Source: an uncultured Gammaproteobacteria bacterium | GTDB lineage: Bacteria; Patescibacteriota; Patescibacteriia; UBA11705; JABHMO01 | Length of the DNA: 64,000 nucleotides | Assembly (NCBI GenBank): GCA_964486065.1 | Contig: CAZAKN010000002.1 | Location: 29,452 to 93,451 of the forward strand | Reading direction: 5' to 3' | Part shown: positions 9,265 through 17,090 of the stretch, in pieces | Layout: every line of letters starts with the position of its first letter | Numbering within the stretch: the first letter of the stretch is position 1 | Translations under genes and position numbers: made by a program | The notes under the pieces: model-generated | The model's input: only the letters and a program-made list of their open reading frames with translations | Databases searched by the model: none | What the model was told of the DNA's origin: nothing

Positions 9265-10686
9265 TTAAATATTTACCAACTCCACAATGCTGGTTCTTTT
9301 TTTATTTTTGGCGGATACTCCCGCAATAATGATTATCTCATCATTTTTCTTCACCAATTTATTCTTTTTCAAATAATCAATTCCCTTTTTAATCAACTTT
9401 TCCAAATTATCGGCCATGCCGAGTTTAAAAGCACGCACTCCCCAAGTTAATGCCAATTGTCTTACCACCATATCTTCGGTACAACTAACCACGATGGGCA
9501 ATTCCGGACGATAGCGACTAATGACCCTGGCGGTATATCCCGAAATAGTGGCTCCGAGAATCAATCCGGCATTGGTTTTTTCGGACAGCAACTTGGTCGC
9601 GGCCCCCGCAGCCTGCAAAGAACTGTCATATTTTTTTATTTGAGTTTGTAAAACCAAGTCATCATAAACCGATTCTTCAGCTTGCTCAATAATATTATTC
9701 ATCATCTTCACGCTTTGCAAAGGATATTTACCATTGGCGGTTTCGCCCGACAACATTACCGCGTCGGCATGATCAATCACCGCGTTGGCTACATCACTCA
9801 CCTCCGCTCGGGTAGGTCGCGGATTTTGAATCATGGAATCAAGCATTTGCGTGGCTACGATAACCGGCTTGGCCTCATGTAAACATTTTTCAATAATTTG
9901 TTTTTGCTTAATCGGTACTTGTTCCGCGGGCAATTCAATTCCCAAATCACCGCGAGCCACCATAACCGCGTCCGTGGCTTTCAATATTTCATCAAAATTT
10001 TCCAATGCTTCGTTTCTTTCAATTTTCACGATAACTTTCGGCATTGTTTTCCTTTTCAATTCTCGCACGTGTTTGGTTATCAATCTTTTCAATGATTTAA
10101 CTTCACGGGCGTTCCGCACGAAAGACAGCGCCACGAAATCAACTTGATTTTTCATGCCGAAAGCCAAATCTTTTTTGTCTTTTTCCGACAAAGCGGGCAA
10201 AGACACCTCCGTGTCCGGCAAATTTATCCCTTTATGCGATGAAATCATGCCTCCACTCACTACTTTGCAATGCAAATCTTGTTTAATAACTTTTTCCACC
10301 AGTAATTCAATTAAACCGTCCGCAATCAATATTCTTTGACCGGCCTTAACATCTTTATGCATGTTTTTATATGTAACCGGTATTTTATTTTTCAATCCAT
10401 CGGCGGTGGTCAAAACGACTTTTTCCCCCTTGCTCAATTTAATCCCTTCTTCAGGCAAATCTCCCAACCTGATCCGCGGTCCCTGCAAATCCAGAATTAT
10501 TCCGACCGGAATTTTCAATTCTTTACTGACCGAACGCACATTTTGAATCACTTTTTTATGATAAGCATGAACATTATGAGACAAATTAAGACGCGCCACA
10601 TTCATGCCATTTTTTATCATTTTTTTTATCATGCTCTTTTGATCCGAAGCCGGTCCCAAAGTGCAGACTATTTTGGTTCTTTTCAT
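9265..10686 (-). CDS. pyk: pyruvate kinase
   Basis: MKRTKIVCTLGPAS...NVARLNLSHN...MVARGDLGIE. Canonical PK motifs. Confidence 0.9.
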   Translation of the reverse strand: MKRTKIVCTLGPASDQKSMIKKMIKNGMNVARLNLSHNVHAYHKKVIQNVRSVSKELKIPVGIILDLQGPRIRLGDLPEEGIKLSKGEKVVLTTADGLKNKIPVTYKNMHKDVKAGQRILIADGLIELLVEKVIKQDLHCKVVSGGMISSHKGINLPDTEVSLPALSEKDKKDLAFGMKNQVDFVALSFVRNAREVKSLKRLITKHVRELKRKTMPKVIVKIERNEALENFDEILKATDAVMVARGDLGIELPAEQVPIKQKQIIEKCLHEAKPVIVATQMLDSMIQNPRPTRAEVSDVANAVIDHADAVMLSGETANGKYPLQSVKMMNNIIEQAEESVYDDLVLQTQIKKYDSSLQAAGAATKLLSEKTNAGLILGATISGYTARVISRYRPELPIVVSCTEDMVVRQLALTWGVRAFKLGMADNLEKLIKKGIDYLKKNKLVKKNDEIIIIAGVSAKNKKRTSIVELVNI

Positions 10687-10701
10687 AATATATATTTTTA
10701 T

Positions 10702-11040
10702 TTAAATTTTTATTTTTTTAGCGTATTCCGATAAAATCGGGATTTCCCAATATTTCCCTTTCAAACAATTAACAATCCCCAAAATTGAATAGACAATAAT
10801 AAACGCCACAGCCGCCAACCAAACAATTTGTCCGAGTAACGGAATAATATTTACAAAAGATAAAATTATTCCGGTAATAAAAAGTACCAATCCCTGTTTG
10901 GCGTGAAACTGAGCGAAATGGCTGTCCTTTTTTAAAAACAAAGGGATCAAACATAAAATACCCAAATATGAAATTGACGCCATTACGCGATTACTTTTTA
11001 TGTCTTTGGGATCATAATAATTTTCATTTGTTTTTCCCAT
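10702..11040 (-). CDS. small membrane protein, DUF4870-like
   Basis: Two to three TM helices and a conserved FHAKQGL segment. Confidence 0.5.
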   Translation of the reverse strand: MGKTNENYYDPKDIKSNRVMASISYLGILCLIPLFLKKDSHFAQFHAKQGLVLFITGIILSFVNIIPLLGQIVWLAAVAFIIVYSILGIVNCLKGKYWEIPILSEYAKKIKI

Positions 11041-11052
11041 ATTTTTTCTTAT

Positions 11053-11421
11053 TTATAATTCAACATCTTCAATATGTTTGAAACGGGGTGTTAACTTGAA
11101 CATTTCCACGATCATTAAATCAAGGCGCAACGCCAAATTTTCCAAATCAGGATTTTCTTGAATATACAAATCCATGAGTTCGGCGATGGTCTCTAATTTT
11201 TCCTCGGTAACATTATCCTCCCCGTAACCACCATAAACCGAAGTGCGACTTTTAACTTCCACGAAAATCAATTGTTCTTCATAAAGAAAAATAAGATCTA
11301 TTTCCCCTATTTTTCCGAAACGCCAATTTTTATCCAGAATTTTCCAACCTTTTTTCATTAAATATTCCGCGGCCAATTCTTCTCCCGTCGCGCCAATCTT
11401 TTTTTTGCTCGCGACATACAT
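11053..11421 (-). CDS. yraN: YraN-family (UPF0102) endonuclease-like protein
   Basis: GEELAAEYLMKKGWKILDKNWRFGKIGEIDLIF...VEVKSR. Restriction-endonuclease-like fold typical of YraN. Confidence 0.8.
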   Translation of the reverse strand: MYVASKKKIGATGEELAAEYLMKKGWKILDKNWRFGKIGEIDLIFLYEEQLIFVEVKSRTSVYGGYGEDNVTEEKLETIAELMDLYIQENPDLENLALRLDLMIVEMFKLTPRFKHIEDVEL

Positions 11422-11422
11422 A

Positions 11423-11665
11423 TCAAGCGGGGAAAATCGCGTTCAACACGGTCGGTATCAAGATCTCATCCACGCCGGTCAAAACCATCAGTCCGACTAA
11501 AATAATAACCACGCCCAATGCTTTAAAAAAAGACAAACTGCCTCCCATAAATATTTTTTCAGCTATGGAAACACGGCCGACCAATTCTCTGGCCACCATG
11601 GGATAACGAATCAAACCAAAACCAACCACTAAACAAATCGCACAAATTAATATATTCATCATCAT
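11423..11665 (-). CDS. small hydrophobic membrane protein (hypothetical)
   Basis: 80 aa, two TM helices. First gene after an extended -10 promoter. Confidence 0.4.
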   Translation of the reverse strand: MMMNILICAICLVVGFGLIRYPMVARELVGRVSIAEKIFMGGSLSFFKALGVVIILVGLMVLTGVDEILIPTVLNAIFPA

Positions 11666-11674
11666 ATAAGCGCA

Positions 11675-11683
11675 TTATAGCAC
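11675..11683 (-). promoter_or_regulatory. extended -10 element TGcTATAAT for the minus-strand operon 11665 to pyk
   Basis: Reverse complement of attatagca. It sits 9 nt upstream of the ATG at 11665 (near-leaderless). Confidence 0.4.
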
Positions 11684-11747
11684 ATTTTTATTGTTAATAA
11701 TAATGAAAAATGATAGAATTAAATCAGTTATTGCGGATTATTAGCGA

Positions 11748-11776
11748 ACCACTACCATTGACAATGTGAATAATGT
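11748..11776 (+). promoter_or_regulatory. consensus sigma70 promoter TTGACA-17-TATAAT
   Basis: ttgaca (11748-11753), a 17-nt spacer, then tataat (11771-11776), ~38 nt upstream of the ATG at 11814. Confidence 0.6.
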
Positions 11777-11813
11777 GTGATATAATATAAAAATATAAAT
11801 AAATTCAATTTTT

Positions 11814-12302
11814 ATGCCTAGAATGGATAATGCCCCATACAAAACTCGTGGAGACAATCGTAGCCTTAATGATGTCATGCCCAAAGCTGATCGCACCGCG
11901 AGAAAAAACAAACCCGTAGAATTATCCTCCATGGATAATGATGAAATGGAATTAACTAAAGGCTTTGAACAGATCAACCCCGAAGTTGATCGCAGAGAAA
12001 AGCAAATTAAAGCGGAAGAAAAAATGCTAAGCACCATAAGCGCCAAGGCAAAAAAGATTTTCAATCAATCTTTACCTCAATCAATGGAAAAATTAGATTT
12101 AGATGAAGTAAGTGATGAAAATTTATCTTTGGATCAAAGAAAAGGATTACTGGATGAACAAAAAGAATTTTTTACGGATTACGGCATTCAACAATTGAGC
12201 GTAAGCCAACGCGAACAATTATTTACGAAGTTGACCGAAGATGAAAAATCTTATTTTATGAAATTGCAACAAGAAGGCATGGAAAGAGAACTGGCAAATT
12301 AA
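11814..12302 (+). CDS. hypothetical acidic/charged protein
   Basis: 162-aa ORF between a perfect promoter and a strong terminator. No recognisable motifs. Confidence 0.55.
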   Translation: MPRMDNAPYKTRGDNRSLNDVMPKADRTARKNKPVELSSMDNDEMELTKGFEQINPEVDRREKQIKAEEKMLSTISAKAKKIFNQSLPQSMEKLDLDEVSDENLSLDQRKGLLDEQKEFFTDYGIQQLSVSQREQLFTKLTEDEKSYFMKLQQEGMERELAN

Positions 12303-12316
12303 TAACCATCTTAAAA

Positions 12317-12352
12317 TAAAAAAATGCCCTGTCTTGAGACAGGGCGTTTTTT
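12317..12352. terminator. bidirectional rho-independent terminator between convergent genes
   Basis: Hairpin gccctgtc-ttga-gacagggc (12326-12345) flanked by an A-run (5') and a T-run (3'). Confidence 0.75.
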
Positions 12353-12908
12353 ATTTGAGTTTGTATTGCGATTTGATCTTATCCATAATCATTTTATCAA
12401 GGAAAAGATCCAATACCTGCACGAAATATACCTTCAGCTCGGGTCTGAAATCACTGATTTCAAGCCAAGCATTATTGATATCGCAATTCTTGCAGTTCTT
12501 TATCAAAGAGTGTTTACGACTCAAATCCAAATGAATCATTATTCTTCGGTTCGCATAGTTTTCAACGCAATTTCGGTAAATATCTTTTTTTACTTCCAAG
12601 GAAAGATGTTCTTCCCCTCCATGTTGACTGTATTCTTCTTCTTCCATAAACATAATTTCTTCATACCAACGACTACGAACGCGAACAATCGTTTCCGTTT
12701 CCACTTGGCCGAAAGATTTTTCCAAAGCATCCACCGTGCACAATAAAATCAACCAATACTCAGCATTCGGTTGATTAACCTTTTGCATTAGCTCTAAATA
12801 TTCCCAAAGAGACTCATAAGGGAATTTTCTATTGGAAGGATCCACTCCGTTTCTAATTGTCGTCTTCACCGACTCTTTATACTCTCCATCATGGCTTTTA
12901 CCCATCAT
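12351..12908 (-). CDS. hypothetical protein (Cys-containing, unknown function)
   Basis: 185 aa. Strong SD AAAGGAGTG 4 nt before the ATG. Contains CKNCD and CVENY. No family recognised. Confidence 0.55.
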   Translation of the reverse strand: MMGKSHDGEYKESVKTTIRNGVDPSNRKFPYESLWEYLELMQKVNQPNAEYWLILLCTVDALEKSFGQVETETIVRVRSRWYEEIMFMEEEEYSQHGGEEHLSLEVKKDIYRNCVENYANRRIMIHLDLSRKHSLIKNCKNCDINNAWLEISDFRPELKVYFVQVLDLFLDKMIMDKIKSQYKLK

Positions 12909-13000
12909 AATTCACTCCTTTCATCGCAATTTTGAATGAACTTTACCGATTTTTTACTTTTACATATTTCATTTTATTTGTCAAGTGTTTTAACTAAATT

Positions 13001-13030
13001 TAAACAAAAAATCGGCTAAAATAGCCGACT
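13001..13030 (-). terminator. rho-independent terminator downstream of tRNA-Leu
   Basis: Hairpin tcggct-aaaat-agccga followed on the minus strand by ttttttgttt. Confidence 0.5.
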
Positions 13031-13107
13031 ATCCTTAATTTCCGAAATATATCCAAATAACGCTAACCACAACTGCCAAATCGCCAAATCAAAGATTTGG
13101 GGAAAGC

Positions 13108-13196
13108 TGGTGCCGAGGAGAGGATTTGAACCTCCACGGGACGAATCCCACAGCCCCCTCAAGGCTGCGTGTCTACCAATTCCACCACCTCGGCAC
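13108..13196 (-). tRNA. tRNA-Leu (anticodon GAG), long variable arm, CCA encoded
   Basis: Reverse complement GTGCCGAGGTGGTGGAATTGGTAGACACGCAGCCTTGAGGGGGCTGTGGGATTCGTCCCGTGGAGGTTCAAATCCTCTCCTCGGCACCA. Anticodon stem cagcc/ggctg, loop UUGAGGG. Confidence 0.85.
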
Positions 13197-13221
13197 AATT
13201 CCGCCCAAAGGCGGAATGTAA

Positions 13222-13407
13222 TTATTCCACACTGATCGCATTGGCCGGACAAGAATCTTTGGCTTGATTCATCAAATCTTCTTGACTTGAAAAATCACCC
13301 TCTTTAACTAGCGCCTTACCACTGTCGTTCATTTCAAACATATCCGGAGCAATGGCCGCGCAAGTTCCACAGCCCACGCATTTTTCTTGGTCAACTTTGG
13401 GTTGCAT
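13222..13407 (-). CDS. 4Fe-4S ferredoxin (single cluster)
   Basis: CVGCGTC...CP cysteine spacing in a 61-aa acidic protein. Confidence 0.8.
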   Translation of the reverse strand: MQPKVDQEKCVGCGTCAAIAPDMFEMNDSGKALVKEGDFSSQEDLMNQAKDSCPANAISVE

Positions 13408-13424
13408 AGCATTATAGTTAATAA

Positions 13425-14210
13425 TTATTTCACTTTTCTATTAACGATTACCGGAAATCTATCTTTTTCCAGACTCACTTCCAAAGGAGTTTTTAAAATT
13501 TTATGACCGTCCAAAATCGCTTTGATATATTCAAATCCTTTGATGGTAAAATTTTGAGCGGTCATTTTTTCATCAACCACCAATTTCTTTTTTTTAAAAA
13601 ACCAAATCTTTTTAAATTTTTCAGCTTTAATCATCAGCTCCAATTCACCGGATTGTTTTTTCTCTCCGTTTTTATCCGCGTCAAAATTAATTATTTTTAA
13701 TTCCTTGGCCGTTTGTCCGGGAGTTATTTTGTAACCGGACAATTTTATTTTCAACCGTGGTAAATTTTCCTTTATCAACAAATCACGAAAAAAATACTTA
13801 TTTCCGGCTCGCCCGATGTCAAATCTTCTAATATTGCGAGCCGCGATCACATCACAAGCTTTTTCCGCTTCGGGCAACCCCATCGCCTCCGCCAAAACAT
13901 TGCCTTTTCCGATCGGCACATAACCGAGTACCACATTATACTTAAGCGTCGGCTCCACCATTTTTAAAAACGATTCATCATTTCCCACTATTACCACCGT
14001 ACTCACTCCTTTTTTAACCTCGTCGCGCACTAATTCATCTTCATTTTTCAACATGGTCAAACGCTCCCTTTTCCCTGAAATATCCAAATCCAAAAGACGC
14101 GCTTTAATGCGGTCCAATTGTTTTTCATGTTTAGGTTCTCTTAAAAAAGTATCTATTAAATAATAATACATAGAAATTTTTCGGCTGCGCCGGGCTTTAC
14201 ATTTGATCAA
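13425..14210 (-). CDS. diacylglycerol/lipid kinase catalytic-domain-like protein (degenerate GGDGT motif)
   Basis: DAGK_cat-like order: YYYLIDTF...KGVSTVVIVGNDESF...LGYVPIGKGNVLAEAMGLP. Alternative start MYYYLID at 14171 would avoid overlap with argS. Confidence 0.5.
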   Translation of the reverse strand: MIKCKARRSRKISMYYYLIDTFLREPKHEKQLDRIKARLLDLDISGKRERLTMLKNEDELVRDEVKKGVSTVVIVGNDESFLKMVEPTLKYNVVLGYVPIGKGNVLAEAMGLPEAEKACDVIAARNIRRFDIGRAGNKYFFRDLLIKENLPRLKIKLSGYKITPGQTAKELKIINFDADKNGEKKQSGELELMIKAEKFKKIWFFKKKKLVVDEKMTAQNFTIKGFEYIKAILDGHKILKTPLEVSLEKDRFPVIVNRKVK

Positions 14211-15879
14211 CTGATTTAATGTTCATCAAATTCAAACCTCGCTCCAATTTGGTCGCTGTTTTACCACACAAATACAATCTTGCTTTGCGATCTTCTTCAG
14301 GCGTGTCCAAAACTCGGACTTGATGATAAAAATTATTAAAACTTTTGGCCAAATTCAACAAGTATCCAGCCAAATAATGCGGTGAATTTTTCTCAGCCGC
14401 CAATTGTCTATATTTATCAAATTGAGCTAATTGCAATACCACTTCTCTGGCTTCTGTTTGATTCAACAAAGCGGTATTCACTTCATCCAAATCAATTTCC
14501 TCATAAGCCGATTGTTCAAAAATGGATTTAATCCTGGCGATAGTATAAAGCAAATACGGCCCCGTGTCACCATCAAAAGCCATGGCTTTTTCCGTATCAA
14601 AAACTATTTTGCTGGCATTATCATATTTTAACATCCAAAACTTGATAGCTGCCAAAGCCACAGCAATCGCATTTTCCGCGATTTTTTCTTTCGACCAATC
14701 AGCATGCCTAGCCAAGGTTTCCGCTTGCGCTTTCTTGACCACTTCATCAAATAAATCCTCAAAAGTTACCACATTTCCCTTACGCGAAGCCATAGCACCT
14801 TCCGGCAAAGTTACAAAATCATAAGCCACATGAATTTTTTCTTTTTTTTCATAACCCAATAAATCCAACAATTTGAAAACTTGCTTCAAATACAAAGATT
14901 GACGACTGTCAACCACATAAACGGATTTATTTATTTTAAATTTATCAAACTTTTTTTTGCCGAGTGGCAAATCTTTTGCTCCGTATAAAAGATTGCCGTC
15001 CGATTTAATCAAAACCAAAACATCAAGACTGAATTCCGACAAATCCGCAATTATCGCGCCTTGGCTTTCTTTAATCTGGGACACCTTGCCGCTTTTTAAC
15101 AATTTGGTCAACATTTCCTTGCCTTCTTTTTCTTCTTCACTTTCCCAAAACCATTCATCAAATTGAATATCCAAAAGTTCGTAAATATCATTAAAAGAGC
15201 GCAAACTCCACTCTTTGGTTTTTCCCCACAACTTAATCATTTCCTTATCTTCGTTTTCCAGCGCGGTATGCACTTCTGAAACTTGTTTTTCCAATTCCGG
15301 GTTTTTCGCCAATTTTCTTACCGCTTCAGCGTATATTTCACCGAGATATTTTCCTTTCAATACGGGTTCTTCATCTTCCGCGTGAAATTTTTTTAAAGCC
15401 CATAGACATTTGGCCACATGCGAACCCGTATCGCCAATATAATTGGTCGCCGTAACTTTATGTCCCATGGAACGATTCAAATTAACAATGGCCGACCCGA
15501 GACAAGCGTTGCGCAAATGACCGACATGAAATTCTTTATGCGTATTGGGCTGAGAATATTCAATCATTATTTTTTGTTTTTTATCAGCCGATTGTTCTTT
15601 TTCCGCGAAAACTGCTTGATTCAAAAAATCAGTTTTAAAAAATATATTCACAAAACCTTTTTCCGCGCTGGCGCTTTTAACTTGCGGTAATTTTTCCAAA
15701 ATCAGCGTCAAATCCTCGGCCAATTCATCCGGCTTTCTGCCCATCTTTCCAGCTGCGGAAAATACTTTCAATGTCAAATCCGCCAAATTACTATGCTCGG
15801 GAATATCAAAATCACTCGGCCCAAAAACCGATTTATACTTTTTCAAAGCTTTAAGAATAAGTTCAACTAAATTACGCAT
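14197..15879 (-). CDS. argS: arginyl-tRNA synthetase
   Basis: HVGHLRNACLGSAI (HIGH region) and a C-terminal DALR-type anticodon-binding domain. Start taken at MRNLVEL (15879). The first ATG of the open frame (15930) would overlap tyrS by 47 nt. Confidence 0.9.
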   Translation of the reverse strand: MRNLVELILKALKKYKSVFGPSDFDIPEHSNLADLTLKVFSAAGKMGRKPDELAEDLTLILEKLPQVKSASAEKGFVNIFFKTDFLNQAVFAEKEQSADKKQKIMIEYSQPNTHKEFHVGHLRNACLGSAIVNLNRSMGHKVTATNYIGDTGSHVAKCLWALKKFHAEDEEPVLKGKYLGEIYAEAVRKLAKNPELEKQVSEVHTALENEDKEMIKLWGKTKEWSLRSFNDIYELLDIQFDEWFWESEEEKEGKEMLTKLLKSGKVSQIKESQGAIIADLSEFSLDVLVLIKSDGNLLYGAKDLPLGKKKFDKFKINKSVYVVDSRQSLYLKQVFKLLDLLGYEKKEKIHVAYDFVTLPEGAMASRKGNVVTFEDLFDEVVKKAQAETLARHADWSKEKIAENAIAVALAAIKFWMLKYDNASKIVFDTEKAMAFDGDTGPYLLYTIARIKSIFEQSAYEEIDLDEVNTALLNQTEAREVVLQLAQFDKYRQLAAEKNSPHYLAGYLLNLAKSFNNFYHQVRVLDTPEEDRKARLYLCGKTATKLERGLNLMNIKSVDQM

Positions 15880-15883
15880 ATCT

Positions 15884-17074
15884 TTATTTGATTTTGACGA
15901 AAAACCTTTTCCCTTTTTGCAAAACATCACCTTTTTTCACTGTCGCTGTTTCATCAATAACCTTACCGTTTATTTTAACCCCGTTTTGTTGCAAATTGCG
16001 TTTGGCTTCGGATTTTGACTTGACCATTTTCGCTTCAACCAAAGCGTCCACCACATTTTTCCCGGCCAAAGACATTTCCTCCATTTCATCAGGTGTCTCC
16101 TTTTTTTGAAATTTTTGTAAAAAATTTTCTCTTTGTTTTTTCGCTTCATCTTTGCCGTGATACATAGCCACGATGGTTTCCGCCAAATCCAATTTATGAT
16201 CTCTCGGGTTTTCGCCATCATTCAAAGCTTTTTTTATATCTTCAACTTTGCGCTGAGGTTCAAAGGTGCATAATTCATAAGTCGGAACAATAAGTTCATC
16301 TACCATGGCCATGGTTTTACCGAATTTTTCTTCCGGCGAATCGGCCAAAGCGATCATATTGCCGGTGGTCTTACCCATTTTTGAACCTTGAGAGTCAACC
16401 AAAAGTCGCGTGGTAATCACGAATTTTTCTTTATTCTTCATCTGCTTCAACAAAGTTCGTCCGGCCAACATATTGAATGTTTGATCATTTCCGCCGACTT
16501 CGCCATCAACATCCATGGCTACGGTGTCATAGCCTTGCATGAGAGGATACAAAAATTCATGCAAATGCACCGGCTTACCTTCATTGATTCGCTTTTCAAA
16601 CATATCTCGTTCCAACATCTGCTGAACCGTAAAATGTGAAGCCAACTCAATAACTTCATGAAAACTTAATTTACCAAGCCATTCATCATTGTATTTGACT
16701 TGCGCCGGATTAGCTCCTTCAAAATTTAAAATCACGCTGGCTTGATCAAGATAATTTTTACAATTTTGTAAAACTTGTTCACGCGTCAACTGTTTGCGCA
16801 CCGCCATTTTATCCGTGGGATCACCGATCATAGCCGTAAAACTGCCAATCAGTAAAATAACTTGATGACCCAAATTTTGAAATTGACGCAATTTAATCAT
16901 GGAACTGACATGCCCCAAATGCAAAGTCGGACCGGTCGGATCAATCCCCAAATATATTTTTAACTTATCGCCCGACTCCAATCGTTCTTTTAAAAATTCC
17001 GGCTTAGGATAAATATTTTCCACTCCTCGGGTTAGAAGTTCATTGATTTTAATTTGATCAGAGGAAATAGACAT
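15884..17074 (-). CDS. tyrS: tyrosyl-tRNA synthetase with C-terminal S4 domain
   Basis: PTGPTLHLGH (HIGH), KMGKT (KMSKS) and a C-terminal S4-like LVEAKMVKSKSEAKRNLQQNGVKINGKVI. Confidence 0.9.
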   Translation of the reverse strand: MSISSDQIKINELLTRGVENIYPKPEFLKERLESGDKLKIYLGIDPTGPTLHLGHVSSMIKLRQFQNLGHQVILLIGSFTAMIGDPTDKMAVRKQLTREQVLQNCKNYLDQASVILNFEGANPAQVKYNDEWLGKLSFHEVIELASHFTVQQMLERDMFEKRINEGKPVHLHEFLYPLMQGYDTVAMDVDGEVGGNDQTFNMLAGRTLLKQMKNKEKFVITTRLLVDSQGSKMGKTTGNMIALADSPEEKFGKTMAMVDELIVPTYELCTFEPQRKVEDIKKALNDGENPRDHKLDLAETIVAMYHGKDEAKKQRENFLQKFQKKETPDEMEEMSLAGKNVVDALVEAKMVKSKSEAKRNLQQNGVKINGKVIDETATVKKGDVLQKGKRFFVKIK

Positions 17075-17090
17075 AAGTAATATTAATTGT

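Noticed and set aside
13016-13252. 78-aa minus-strand ORF
   Set aside because: Overlaps tRNA-Leu(GAG) (13108-13196) and a hairpin. Translation is Gly/Arg-rich nonsense typical of reading through a tRNA.
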